Assembly (NCBI GenBank): GCA_965223415.1
Contig: OZ245002.1
Span: 224,001-288,000 of the forward strand
Source of the DNA: Myxococcota bacterium
GTDB taxonomy: Bacteria; Myxococcota_A; UBA9160; UBA6930
Length of the DNA: 64,000 bases
Reading direction: 5' to 3'
Shown here: one piece after another, positions 48,020 to 56,649 of the stretch
Numbering within the stretch: position 1 is the first letter of the stretch
How the letters are laid out: every line of letters begins with the position of its first letter
Program-made: the position numbers and the translations under genes
The notes under the pieces: generated by a model
The model's database searches: none
The model's input: only the letters and a program-made list of their open reading frames with translations
Told to the model about the DNA's origin: nothing

Positions 48020-48736
48020 ATGTCTCCCGAGACCGTCCGCGCGCTGCGCGCCATCAACGAGCGATTCTACCGGACGCACGCCGCGCGCTTCGCGGCCAAG
48101 CGGACACGACCCTGGGAGGGGATGGAGCGCGTGCTCGAAGAGCTCCCGCGGCCGATCGACCGGGTGCTCGACGTGGGCTGTGGCCATGGGCGCTTCGCCG
48201 CCCTGCTTCACGCCGCCGGGGCGGAGCCGGCCTACCTGGGCGTGGATGCGTCCTCCGAGCTGCTCCGGCTGGCGATGGAGCGCGACGACCTGCCCGCGGC
48301 CTGCCGCTGGCTGCAGCTCGACGTCCTGGACGACCCGGACGCCCTGCCCCGCGGCCCCTTCGGCCTGGTGACGCTCTTCGGCGTGCTCCATCACGTGCCC
48401 GGCGAGGCCCGACGCCACGCCCTGCTCCGAGCCCTGGGCGAGCGCGTCGCCGCCGGCGGAACCCTCGCCCTGGCCTTCTGGCGCCGGGCGGGAGACCAGG
48501 TGAAGCGGCACCTCCCCTGGTCCCTCGCCGGGCTGCGGGAGGAGGACGTCGAGCCCGGCGATCGCCTGCTCCACTTCGACGGTGACGAGCGCCGGTTCCG
48601 CTACGCCCACTTCGCCGACGACGCCGAACTCGACCGCGTCGAATCGGCTGCCGGCCTGCCCCTGGCGCTGCGCTTCATCGCCGACGGCCAGGGCAATGTG
48701 GCCAACGCCTACTTCCTGTGGAGGCGCCGGGCGTGA
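48020..48736 (+). CDS. Class I SAM methyltransferase, Trm9/ALKBH8-MT-like
   Basis: FY...A..F...R.RPW, VLDVGCGHG, VLHHVP...R, LAFW, RYAH. Confidence 0.8.
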   Translation: MSPETVRALRAINERFYRTHAARFAAKRTRPWEGMERVLEELPRPIDRVLDVGCGHGRFAALLHAAGAEPAYLGVDASSELLRLAMERDDLPAACRWLQLDVLDDPDALPRGPFGLVTLFGVLHHVPGEARRHALLRALGERVAAGGTLALAFWRRAGDQVKRHLPWSLAGLREEDVEPGDRLLHFDGDERRFRYAHFADDAELDRVESAAGLPLALRFIADGQGNVANAYFLWRRRA

Positions 48737-48755
48737 TCCTGCGGATGCGATCGAC

Positions 48756-49490
48756 GTGACGGCGCCGGGGGCGATCCGCCGCCAGCTCGTGGGCCCGGAA
48801 GAGGTGGCCCTCGCGCTCCAGCGAGGCGAGCCGGTCCGGCTGCTGCTCGTCGCGGAGGAGACCGCGGACCCGCAGACACGCACCGTGGTGGAGCGCGCGC
48901 TCGAGCTCGGCATCCCCGTGCGTCCGACCAGCGAGCGCTCCCTGTGGCGGCTGCGTACCCGGGACGAGCCGGCCGAGGTGCTCGGGCTGGTGGGCCCGCC
49001 GCCGGACGCGAGCCGCGAGCAGGCCCTGGCCGGCGGCGGCTGTGCCTGGCTGCTGGTGGGCCTCGCCTATCCGGGCAACACGGGCTTCGCGATCCGCGCT
49101 GCCGAGGTGTCCGGCTCCGACGCGGTCTTCGTCGACGGCGCCCTGCTCCACGAAGGCCGCCGCGAGGCCCTGCGTGCGTCGATGCGCGCCGACCACTTCC
49201 TGCCGGTGTTCTGGGAGCCCGCGAAGGGCGCGATCGAAGCGGCCCGGGCCGCCGGCCGCCGCATCCTCGCCGTGGAGGACGTGGGCGATCGGGCGCCCTG
49301 GGAGGTCGACCTCACCGTGCCGCTCCTGCTGGTCGTCGGCGGCGAGCGCCACGGCATCCCGCGGGAGGTCCTGGACGCCTGCGACGCGGCGCTTCGCATC
49401 CCCATGTACGGCTTCATCCCGTCCTACAACCTGCAGGCCGCCATGGCGATGGTGGCCGGCGAGAGGCTGCGCCAGCTCGCGGCGGGCTGA
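48756..49490 (+). CDS. TrmH/SpoU family RNA 2'-O-methyltransferase
   Basis: PGN.G..IR, VGGERHGI, IPMYG..PSYN SPOUT motifs. Confidence 0.9.
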   Translation: MTAPGAIRRQLVGPEEVALALQRGEPVRLLLVAEETADPQTRTVVERALELGIPVRPTSERSLWRLRTRDEPAEVLGLVGPPPDASREQALAGGGCAWLLVGLAYPGNTGFAIRAAEVSGSDAVFVDGALLHEGRREALRASMRADHFLPVFWEPAKGAIEAARAAGRRILAVEDVGDRAPWEVDLTVPLLLVVGGERHGIPREVLDACDAALRIPMYGFIPSYNLQAAMAMVAGERLRQLAAG

Positions 49491-49495
49491 ACGCG

Positions 49496-49948
49496 TCAGT
49501 GCTCGCTGTGGTCTTCGTGCCCTCCGTCGTGGGCGGGCGCCCGAACCTCGGCGGCGACCTCGAGCGTGCCTCCACCCTCCAGCTCGAGCACGAGCTCGAC
49601 GCTCTCCCCGGCATCGGGGAGCGTGGGACCCATCAGCATCACGTGGAGGCCCCGCGGCGCCAGGTCCACCGAGCCTCCGGCCGGGACCTCGATCACTTCG
49701 ACGGGGACCATCTTCGCCACGCCGTCCTCGACCCGGGTCTCGTGGAGCGACGCCTTCTCGGCCGCGGCGCAGCGCACGCCGGTGACGCGGACGGCTTCGG
49801 CGCCGGTGTTGTGCAGCATCAGGTAGGCCGCGGCCGGCGACCCCGGCGGCGGCTGGGGAACCCAGGCGTCGTGCGCCATGAGCTCGCCGGCCCAAGCGCC
49901 TGAGGCGACGGCGAGCAGCAAGGCGGCCGCGAACGTGAACCGGATCAT
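49496..49948 (-). CDS. Copper chaperone PCu(A)C
   Basis: Signal peptide, AAYL, LHET...M, PRGLHVML, His-rich tail. Confidence 0.93.
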   Translation of the reverse strand: MIRFTFAAALLLAVASGAWAGELMAHDAWVPQPPPGSPAAAYLMLHNTGAEAVRVTGVRCAAAEKASLHETRVEDGVAKMVPVEVIEVPAGGSVDLAPRGLHVMLMGPTLPDAGESVELVLELEGGGTLEVAAEVRAPAHDGGHEDHSEH

Positions 49949-50616
49949 GAGGTCTCCTTCTCCAGGGATTGGACGATGGCCAGGGTGTCCAGGAACTCGG
50001 CGGGATCGTGGGGCTCTTCGAGCACGGCGCGCAGGTGGGCGTCGGGCCCCACGAGGAAGACGAAGGCGGTGTGGTCGACCCGGTAGGCGTCGGGAGCGTC
50101 GGCCGGGACTTCGGCGCGGTAGAAGGCACCCACCGCGTCGACCAGGGGATCGACGGCCCGCGCCTCACCGGTGACGCCCAGGAACGCGGGATCGAAGTAG
50201 GCGACGTACTCGGCCAGCCGCTCCACCGGGTCCCGCTGCGGATCGACCGAGACGAAGACCACTTCGGGAAACGCCGACGTGCTGCGGGTGCGCAACGCCG
50301 CCTCACGCCGGGCGCTGGCCAGGCCCTGCAGGGTCAGGGGGCAGACGTCGGGACACGAGGTGTAGCCGAAGAAGAGCAGGCTCCAGCCGCCGACGAGCCG
50401 CGCGCGGTCGAAGGGCTCGCCGCGGTGATCGATCAGGTCGAAGGCGGGAAGCTCGCGGGGCACGCGCAGAATCCGGCCGGCCTCGCCCAGCTCGGGAACC
50501 TCGGCCGGCGCGAGGCGCGCGAGGTAGACGCCGAAGGTCACCAGCCCCGTGAGCACGAGGGCGACGAGCACGACCAGGGGGCGGTCCGATCCGGCGGCTC
50601 CGGGGGGCGAGTCCAT
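49945..50616 (-). CDS. SCO/SenC family protein
   Basis: FFGYTSCPDVCP, VDPQRD, VDH. Confidence 0.95.
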   Translation of the reverse strand: MDSPPGAAGSDRPLVVLVALVLTGLVTFGVYLARLAPAEVPELGEAGRILRVPRELPAFDLIDHRGEPFDRARLVGGWSLLFFGYTSCPDVCPLTLQGLASARREAALRTRSTSAFPEVVFVSVDPQRDPVERLAEYVAYFDPAFLGVTGEARAVDPLVDAVGAFYRAEVPADAPDAYRVDHTAFVFLVGPDAHLRAVLEEPHDPAEFLDTLAIVQSLEKETS

Positions 50617-50628
50617 GGCGCGAGAACC

Positions 50629-51234
50629 CTAGCGGACCACAGCGGGTCGAAGGGCGCCTCGCCAGCGACGCGCCTGCAGCCAGCCCACTGCCAGGGCGCC
50701 GGCCAGCATGCCGGCGCTCATCGTCGCGAAGGTCGCCAGCAGCTGGAGCGCGGGCCAGGCCGCGAGGCCGACGGGGAGGAGCCGCGGGCCGGCCGCCATG
50801 CCGGCGACCATGCCCACGAGACAGAGCAGCTGGGAGCCGACCTGGCGCCACGGGTCCCCCCGGCGCCAGCCCGCACAGGAGAAGCAGGCAGCGGCCATGC
50901 CGACGACCATCCAGCTCGCGCCCAGGGCGGCCGCGCCCTCCCCGCACAGGCAAGAGCAGGCACCGCCCTGGATCGCCGGTGCGAAGCCGGCGTCGGCCCA
51001 CCAGCCCGCCAGCATGCCGGCGCTGCCCACCGAGAGGGTTCCGAGGGCGCGAAGCGACCCCGGGCTAGCCGACGCGCCGACGCGTCCGGCGACCCACCCG
51101 GCGGCCAGGCTCGAGGCCAGACACAGCAGCCCCACCCCTGCCCAGTCGGCCCCGACCAGCAGGGCGAGGAGCGGCCCCTGGAGCCAGGCGCAGCCCGCGT
51201 AGACCCATCCCCGCCAGCCGATCGCCGATCGCAT
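50629..51234 (-). CDS. Cys/Met-rich membrane protein of unknown function
   Basis: About 6 hydrophobic segments, repeated GMxxG, CSCLC; co-oriented with SCO and PCuAC. Confidence 0.6.
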   Translation of the reverse strand: MRSAIGWRGWVYAGCAWLQGPLLALLVGADWAGVGLLCLASSLAAGWVAGRVGASASPGSLRALGTLSVGSAGMLAGWWADAGFAPAIQGGACSCLCGEGAAALGASWMVVGMAAACFSCAGWRRGDPWRQVGSQLLCLVGMVAGMAAGPRLLPVGLAAWPALQLLATFATMSAGMLAGALAVGWLQARRWRGALRPAVVR

Positions 51235-51356
51235 GGGCGATGGTAGGTCGCACGATCCGTGCCATCCCGAGCGCAGCGCACGGCGCCCGGATCGCCGTCA
51301 CGAAACTCCCGGGTGCCCCACGCTGGCGCGGAACGCCCCACCGCGGACGGCGGCGG

Positions 51357-51830
51357 CTACTCGTGCAGCTGCTCGGCGAGGTAGGCGGGCGTGCCGAGCT
51401 GGTCGTTCAGGTGGAGCTGGGCCTCGAGCCAATCGACGCTCTCCTCCTCGCTCTTGAGGTGGCGCTCGCAGAGCTCGCGGGTGCCGTTGTCACCCTTCTC
51501 GTGGGCCAGGGCGATCACCTTGTTGTATCGGCTCACCGCGTCCAGCTCCATCTGCAGGTCGAGGCGATGCTGCTCGATGGGATCCTCGCCCACGCGCACC
51601 GGACTCAGCCGCTGCATGTTGGGCGTGCCGTCGAGGTAGAGGATGCGTTCGATGATGCGCTCGGCATCCTTCATCTCGTCGACGGACTCGTCCCACTTGG
51701 ACTTCGCCAGCCGCTTGTAGCCCCAGTTCTCGCACATCTTCGCGTGCACGAAGTACTGGTTGATGGCGGTGAGCTCGGCGGTCAGTACGTCGTTGAGCGC
51801 CTCGACGATCTCGGCGTCGCCCTGGGGCAT
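51357..51830 (-). CDS. bfr: Bacterioferritin with atypical ferroxidase centre
   Basis: ELTAINQYF.H, NWG, ESVDEMK, ERIL.L.G.PN, DWLE; RBS ggagg. Confidence 0.95.
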   Translation of the reverse strand: MPQGDAEIVEALNDVLTAELTAINQYFVHAKMCENWGYKRLAKSKWDESVDEMKDAERIIERILYLDGTPNMQRLSPVRVGEDPIEQHRLDLQMELDAVSRYNKVIALAHEKGDNGTRELCERHLKSEEESVDWLEAQLHLNDQLGTPAYLAEQLHE

Positions 51831-51859
51831 CGCTTCCTCCGGTGAATGGGGAAGCGAGA

Positions 51860-52069
51860 CTAGCGCGCGGCGACCCGCTCCAGGCGACCGAGGGTGGCAT
51901 CGTCCCGGGCGCGCTCCTCGTCGACGAGCTGCTCGATCACGGGCCGGCAGCCGCCGCAACGCCCGCCGGCGCCGGACTGGAGGCGGACCTGGCGGCTGGA
52001 GCAGGCACCCTGGCGGATGGTCGACCGGATGTCTCGATCGGAGAGGCCGCGGCAGTGACAGACGAGCAC
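51860..52069 (-). CDS. bfd: Bacterioferritin-associated ferredoxin
   Basis: VCHC...CGGC [2Fe-2S] motif, adjacent to bfr. Confidence 0.92.
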   Translation of the reverse strand: MLVCHCRGLSDRDIRSTIRQGACSSRQVRLQSGAGGRCGGCRPVIEQLVDEERARDDATLGRLERVAAR

Positions 52070-52090
52070 AAAGGGAGCATCGCACAACGA

Positions 52091-52111
52091 AATTGAAAAT
52101 CAATGTCGATT
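52091..52111. promoter_or_regulatory. Fur-box-like operator upstream of bfd-bfr
   Basis: AT-rich imperfect palindrome aattgaaaatcaatgtcgatt; 10/14 match to TGATAAT-N-ATTATCA. Confidence 0.6.
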
Positions 52112-52177
52112 TCAGCAGATGCCGCCTCCCTTCTATCCGACTGGATTTCCAGGGCTTTTCCCCTACCCTGCCCGCCC

Positions 52178-52981
52178 ATGCATCGCTTCGATCGGGATAC
52201 GGCCGTCGAAGCCCTGGGGGAGGGACGCTACGCCGCGCGCATCGACCGGGGCTGGTGGATCGTCCGCGGGCCGAACGGGGGCTACGTGGCCGCGCTGCTG
52301 GTCCAGGCCCTGAAGGCGGCGGTCTCGGACCCGGCCCGCGGCCTGCGCTCCCTCACCGTCCACTACCTGCGCCCGCCTGCCGAGGGCCCGGCCGAGATCC
52401 GCACGAGCGTCGAGCGGACCGGCCGGTCGCTCACCACCGTTAGCGGGCGCATGCTGCAGGAGGGCAAGGTGCAGGCCCTGGCGACAGCCGCCTTCTCGGC
52501 GCCGCGGGAGACCGCCGAGCTGCACCACGCCGAGATGCCGGACGTCGCGCCGCCGGAGGAGCTGCCGGCGCGCAACGCCAACCCGGCCGTCCCGATGCAC
52601 GGGCTGTTCGACGAGCGGCCGGCGCTCGGGGGCGGCGTCTGGGGCGAGGCGCCGGGGGGCCGGGCGCTCTCGGGCGGGTGGATCCGGCTCGCGGAGCCCC
52701 GCATCCTCGACGACGCACTCGTCGTGGCCTACGCGGACGCGTGGCCCCCCGCCCTCTTCGCCGCGGCCCTCGACCGGCCGGCCGGGGGCGTCCCCACCGT
52801 CGACCTGACGGTCCACGTCCGGGCCTCCCTGCCCGTGGCCTCGGCGCGACCGGAAGACCACGTGCTCGTCGTCTTCCGCACCCGGGAGGTGCGGGAGGGC
52901 TTCCTCGAAGAGGACGGCGAGATCTGGTCCCGGGACGGGATCCTCCTCGCCCAGTGCCGCCAGCTGGCGGTCATGGCCTAG
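52178..52981 (+). CDS. Thioesterase family protein (TesB-like double hotdog)
   Basis: W....GPNGGY, HYLRP, DAWPP, PTVDLTVH, EEDGEIW. Confidence 0.9.
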   Translation: MHRFDRDTAVEALGEGRYAARIDRGWWIVRGPNGGYVAALLVQALKAAVSDPARGLRSLTVHYLRPPAEGPAEIRTSVERTGRSLTTVSGRMLQEGKVQALATAAFSAPRETAELHHAEMPDVAPPEELPARNANPAVPMHGLFDERPALGGGVWGEAPGGRALSGGWIRLAEPRILDDALVVAYADAWPPALFAAALDRPAGGVPTVDLTVHVRASLPVASARPEDHVLVVFRTREVREGFLEEDGEIWSRDGILLAQCRQLAVMA

Positions 52982-53002
52982 AAGGGGTACACACGAGAGA
53001 CC

Positions 53003-53080
53003 ATGTCGACCGGCCGCAAGCCCTTCGCCTTCTTCTACTTCGGGTGGTTCTTTGGAACCTCCGGGGCGGAGGATCGCTGA
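53003..53080 (+). CDS. Aromatic-amino-acid-rich leader peptide (25 aa)
   Basis: MSTGRKPFAFFYFGWFFGTSGAEDR*: 6 Phe, 1 Tyr, 1 Trp within 10 codons, directly upstream of a terminator and DAHP synthase. Confidence 0.85.
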   Translation: MSTGRKPFAFFYFGWFFGTSGAEDR

Positions 53081-53113
53081 CGGCCTGACACGCCGAGCCG
53101 ACCTTCGAACACG

Positions 53114-53150
53114 AAGCCCCGAGAGACGCCTCTCGGGGCTTTCTCGTTTT
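53114..53150 (+). terminator. Attenuator intrinsic terminator
   Basis: 12-bp stem aagccccgagag-acgc-ctctcggggctt followed by tctcgtttt. Confidence 0.85.
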
Positions 53151-53177
53151 CACACGGCTTCCAGACAGGATGCAGCC

Positions 53178-54299
53178 ATGCAGGAACCGCTTCACGATCG
53201 AAACCTCGCGAGCCTCCACCGGCTCACCACCCCCGCCGCCCTGTGCGCGGCGATGCCGGTCCCCGAAGCCCTCGGCGCCCAGGTGCTTGCCGCCCGGGAC
53301 GCCGTGCGCGCCGTGCTCCACGGCCGCGACCGGGAGCGGCTCGTGGTGGTGGTCGGCCCGTGCTCGCTCCACGACCGGGAGGCGAGCCTCGCCTACGCGG
53401 AGCGTCTGCGCGGAGCCGCCGAGCGCTTCCCCGAGCTGCTGATCGTGATGCGGACCTACTTCGAGAAGCCGCGCACGACCGTGGGCTGGAAGGGGCTGAT
53501 CAACGACCCGCACCTCGACGGCAGCGGCGACATCGAGCACGGCCTGCGGGCGGCCCGCGGGCTGCTGCTCGAGATCGGCGCCCTCGGGCTGCCCTGTGCC
53601 AGCGAGGTGCTCGACCCGGTGACGCCCCAGTTCCTGGCGGACCTGCTCTCCTGGGTCGCGATCGGCGCCCGGACCACCGAGAGCCAGACCCACCGCGAGA
53701 TGGCCAGCGGCCTCTCCATGCCGGTCGGCTTCAAGAACGGCACGGAAGGCGATCTGCAGGTGGCCCTCGATGCGATGGTCTCGGCGAGCCATCCCCACCA
53801 TTTCCTGGGCATCGATCCGGACGGCGCCGTCGCCGTCGTCGCCACCCGCGGCAACCCGGACCACCACATCGTGCTGCGGGGCGGTCGCAGCGGGCCGAAC
53901 TTCGGCGCCGGCCACGTGGCCGAGGCGGGCCTGCGCCTCGCCGAGCTGGGCATCGCCCGCGGCGTGATGGTCGACTGCTCCCACGACAACTCGGGAAAGG
54001 ACCCGAGCCGTCAGGGCACCGTGTGCCGCGCGGTCCTCGCGCAGGTGCGCGCGGGCCAGAGTGGCCTGATGGGCGTGATGCTCGAGAGCCACCTCCACGA
54101 GGGCCGCCAGGATTGGCAGGCGAGCCCCCGCGCCTTCGGCGTCTCCATCACCGACGGCTGCATCGGCTGGGACGAGACCGAGGGCCTTCTCGAAGACGCC
54201 GCCGACGCGGTCCGCGGGGCCCGCCGACGCCCACGACCCGAGCGCCGCGTAAGAAGCGGGGCCGGAGTTAAGAATTCAGTTACCCCCTTCGGGGGGTAA
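53178..54299 (+). CDS. DAHP synthase, class I (AroF/G/H type)
   Basis: VGPCSLHD, MRTYFEKPRTTVGWKGLINDP, IGARTTESQTHRE, DCSH.NS, SITDGC. Confidence 0.97.
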   Translation: MQEPLHDRNLASLHRLTTPAALCAAMPVPEALGAQVLAARDAVRAVLHGRDRERLVVVVGPCSLHDREASLAYAERLRGAAERFPELLIVMRTYFEKPRTTVGWKGLINDPHLDGSGDIEHGLRAARGLLLEIGALGLPCASEVLDPVTPQFLADLLSWVAIGARTTESQTHREMASGLSMPVGFKNGTEGDLQVALDAMVSASHPHHFLGIDPDGAVAVVATRGNPDHHIVLRGGRSGPNFGAGHVAEAGLRLAELGIARGVMVDCSHDNSGKDPSRQGTVCRAVLAQVRAGQSGLMGVMLESHLHEGRQDWQASPRAFGVSITDGCIGWDETEGLLEDAADAVRGARRRPRPERRVRSGAGVKNSVTPFGG

Positions 54300-54325
54300 C
54301 TGAATTCTTAACTCCGGCCCCGCTT
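54254..54325. repeat. 72-bp perfect palindrome with TTCG loop (family B)
   Basis: 34-bp stem aagcggggccggagttaagaattcagttaccccc-ttcg-reverse complement; overlaps the 3' ends of two convergent genes. Confidence 0.92.
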
Positions 54326-55387
54326 TCCGAGCAGGTTGAGCTTGAAGCGGCGGATGACGTCGGGGGGGATGCGGTTGCCCTGCGTGTCCTCGAAGAAGAG
54401 CGCGTCCTTGGGGCACTGGACGATGCAGGCGCCGCAGCGGATGCAGCGATCGTCGTGGGCGAGCGCCACCTTGCGCTCCGGCCCGAGCTTCTCGAAGCAC
54501 GCCTCGGGACAGACCTCCCAGCAGCGGTAGACGCCCTCACAGCGCTCCGCGTCGAGGGTGATGCGGTGGCCACGGTCGTCGAAGTGGCTGCCGCCGGCGA
54601 TCGGCGTGCTGCCGTCGTAGTCGAAGGTGAGGAGTGCGGTCAGGCCGAGGGGCGCCAGGACGGCGGCGACGAGAGCGCCGGTGCCCCCGCCGGCGAGGAG
54701 CGTCCCGCCCACGGCGATGGCGAGACTCGCGGCGGCCAGGACGAGGCGCCGGGCGGAGCCGAGACGGTCGTAGAGGGCGAAGACCGCCACGGCCATCGCG
54801 ACGACGCCGGCGACGAGGGGAAGCGCCCAGGCCGGGCGAAGCGCCAGGGCCAGGCCCCCGAGCAGGACCGCGGTCGGGAACGCCCAGGCCGCGGCCATCT
54901 CGAGCCGCTCCCGGGCGCCGAAGCGGACCCTGCGCATGGCATCGGTCTTCTCGCCGGCGGCGAGATAGGCGGGCAGGTCCTCGGCCTGGACCGGACCGAA
55001 GGCGACCTGCCAGCGGCAGCGCCGGAACACGTCCAGGGCGAGGGCGCCGGTGGCGGCGAGCTGGGGCAGGATCACGCGCCGGTGGGTGACGCGCTCGGCG
55101 ATGCCGCAGGTCTTGAGCGCGGTCACGACCTGATGGGTGGAGAAGTGGCCGCCGGAGGCCGCGCACCAGACGTTGATGCCGCCGGAGGGAGCCACGACCA
55201 CCCAGGCGTCGTGGCTGGGCAGGGCGCGCATCACCCGCCGCACCGTCAGGTCGTAGTTGCCCGTGAGCACCACGGGGCTCGTCTCGTCCGGGTGCCCCAC
55301 CTGGCGCAGGCCGGGCTCGGTGGGCCACGGCACCAGGCGGAGGCCGGCCTGGGCCGCGTCGCGAAGCAGCTCTCCGACCCGGCTCAC
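54308..55387 (-). CDS. Fused HgcAB-like protein: corrinoid-binding (CdhD-like) domain + TM helices + ferredoxin
   Basis: PGL..VG.PDETSPVVLTGNYDLT, GINVWCAASGG, ILPQLAATG, FGPV.AEDLP; ~4 TM; CEGVYRCWEVCP and CIRCGACIVQCP. Confidence 0.88.
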   Translation of the reverse strand: MSRVGELLRDAAQAGLRLVPWPTEPGLRQVGHPDETSPVVLTGNYDLTVRRVMRALPSHDAWVVVAPSGGINVWCAASGGHFSTHQVVTALKTCGIAERVTHRRVILPQLAATGALALDVFRRCRWQVAFGPVQAEDLPAYLAAGEKTDAMRRVRFGARERLEMAAAWAFPTAVLLGGLALALRPAWALPLVAGVVAMAVAVFALYDRLGSARRLVLAAASLAIAVGGTLLAGGGTGALVAAVLAPLGLTALLTFDYDGSTPIAGGSHFDDRGHRITLDAERCEGVYRCWEVCPEACFEKLGPERKVALAHDDRCIRCGACIVQCPKDALFFEDTQGNRIPPDVIRRFKLNLLGKRGRS

Positions 55388-56055
55388 GGGGCGGGCTCCG
55401 CAACGTACAGGGCCAGCGTGCCCGCGAGCCAGTGCTCCTCGTCGCACGGGACGAAGCCAGCGGCCCGCAGCTCGCCCTCCAGATCCGCCAGCGGGCTCGA
55501 GACCGAGCCGACGAGCAGCCAGCCGAGCGCCGCCAGGGGGAGACGACCGAGCCGCTGCAGCACGCCGCGCAGTCCCGGCGCGCGCACCTCGTCCGCCGCA
55601 ACGACCCGCCCGCCCGGCGCCAGCCGCGCCACACACTCGCGCAGCACGTAGGCCCGCTCGCTCGTCGACATGTCGGAGAGGCAGAGGCTCAGGACCACCG
55701 CGTCGTAGCCGGCCGCAGGAAGGCGATCGATCTCGGCGGCGGTCTGTTCGAGCCACGTGACCTTCTCGCCCTCCGGCTCCGCAGCGCCGGCTCGGCCGAG
55801 GCGAGCCCCGGCCTGCTCGAGCATCTCCGGCGACGCGTCGAGCGCCGTGACACGCGCCCCGGCCCCGACCAGGCGCTCGGTCACCGCGCCGGTGCCGCAG
55901 CCGATCTCGAGCACGCGCGCCCGCGGGCGCTGCACGCTGGCGGCCGCCACCGCGTCGTGCAGGCGCGTGACCCGGCCCAGGGTGAGCGCGCGCATGCCCG
56001 CGTCGTAGCGCCCCGGCGTGGCCTCGAGCAGACGCATGAGCGCGAGCGAGCTCAC
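55384..56055 (-). CDS. Class I SAM methyltransferase (corrinoid-protein-associated type)
   Basis: VLEIGCGTG, LDAS..ML, L.PGG; GTGA overlaps at both ends. Confidence 0.88.
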   Translation of the reverse strand: MSSLALMRLLEATPGRYDAGMRALTLGRVTRLHDAVAAASVQRPRARVLEIGCGTGAVTERLVGAGARVTALDASPEMLEQAGARLGRAGAAEPEGEKVTWLEQTAAEIDRLPAAGYDAVVLSLCLSDMSTSERAYVLRECVARLAPGGRVVAADEVRAPGLRGVLQRLGRLPLAALGWLLVGSVSSPLADLEGELRAAGFVPCDEEHWLAGTLALYVAEPAP

Positions 56056-56633
56056 GGCCGCAGGACCCGGTGAGCGGCCTCGCGTAGTGCCGCGGCCAGC
56101 GCCTCCGGCGCCGGCAGCGCGCCCGGGTCGGCGAAGTACTGGAGCAGGAGCCCGTCGATGGCGCCGATCAGGATCGACGCCTGGAGGCTCGCGTCGGTGG
56201 AGGCCGCCATGCTGCCCTCCGCCTGGCCCTCCTCGATCACCCGGGCCAGCTCGGCGCGGAGACTCGCGAAGGTTCCGCGCAGGAGATCGACGCTGCCGAT
56301 CCGGAGGTCGAGGATCATGCGCCCGAACTCCGCCCACTCCGGGAAGAGCGCCGCGCAGGCGGCCAGCAGGGCGTCGATCCGCTCGAAGGGCGTTCCGCCT
56401 CCGGCGAGCCGGGCCCGGAAGAGCTGCTGCTCCTGCTCCAGGACCTCCTGCACGAGGTCCGCGAGCAGCGACTCCTTGTCCGGGTAGTAGTGGTAGAGGC
56501 TGGAGCGGCCCATGCCGGCGGCCTCGGCCACGCGGCCGAGCCCGGTCCCCCGCACGCCGCGCTCGGCGAAGACGCTCCGGGCGGCGGCCCGGATCTCCTC
56601 CCGTTGGGCGGCGGGATCGACCTGCTTCGGCAT
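56052..56633 (-). CDS. TetR/AcrR family transcriptional regulator
   Basis: N-terminal HTH VAEAAGMGRSSLYHYYPDKE. Confidence 0.95.
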   Translation of the reverse strand: MPKQVDPAAQREEIRAAARSVFAERGVRGTGLGRVAEAAGMGRSSLYHYYPDKESLLADLVQEVLEQEQQLFRARLAGGGTPFERIDALLAACAALFPEWAEFGRMILDLRIGSVDLLRGTFASLRAELARVIEEGQAEGSMAASTDASLQASILIGAIDGLLLQYFADPGALPAPEALAAALREAAHRVLRP

Positions 56634-56649
56634 GGGCTCCTCGGTGTTT

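Noticed and set aside
54308..55387. Calling this a true mercury methylation hgcA/hgcB locus
   Set aside because: Fused architecture, non-canonical cap-helix end, degenerate first Fe-S motif and no C-terminal Cys pair; activity cannot be assumed
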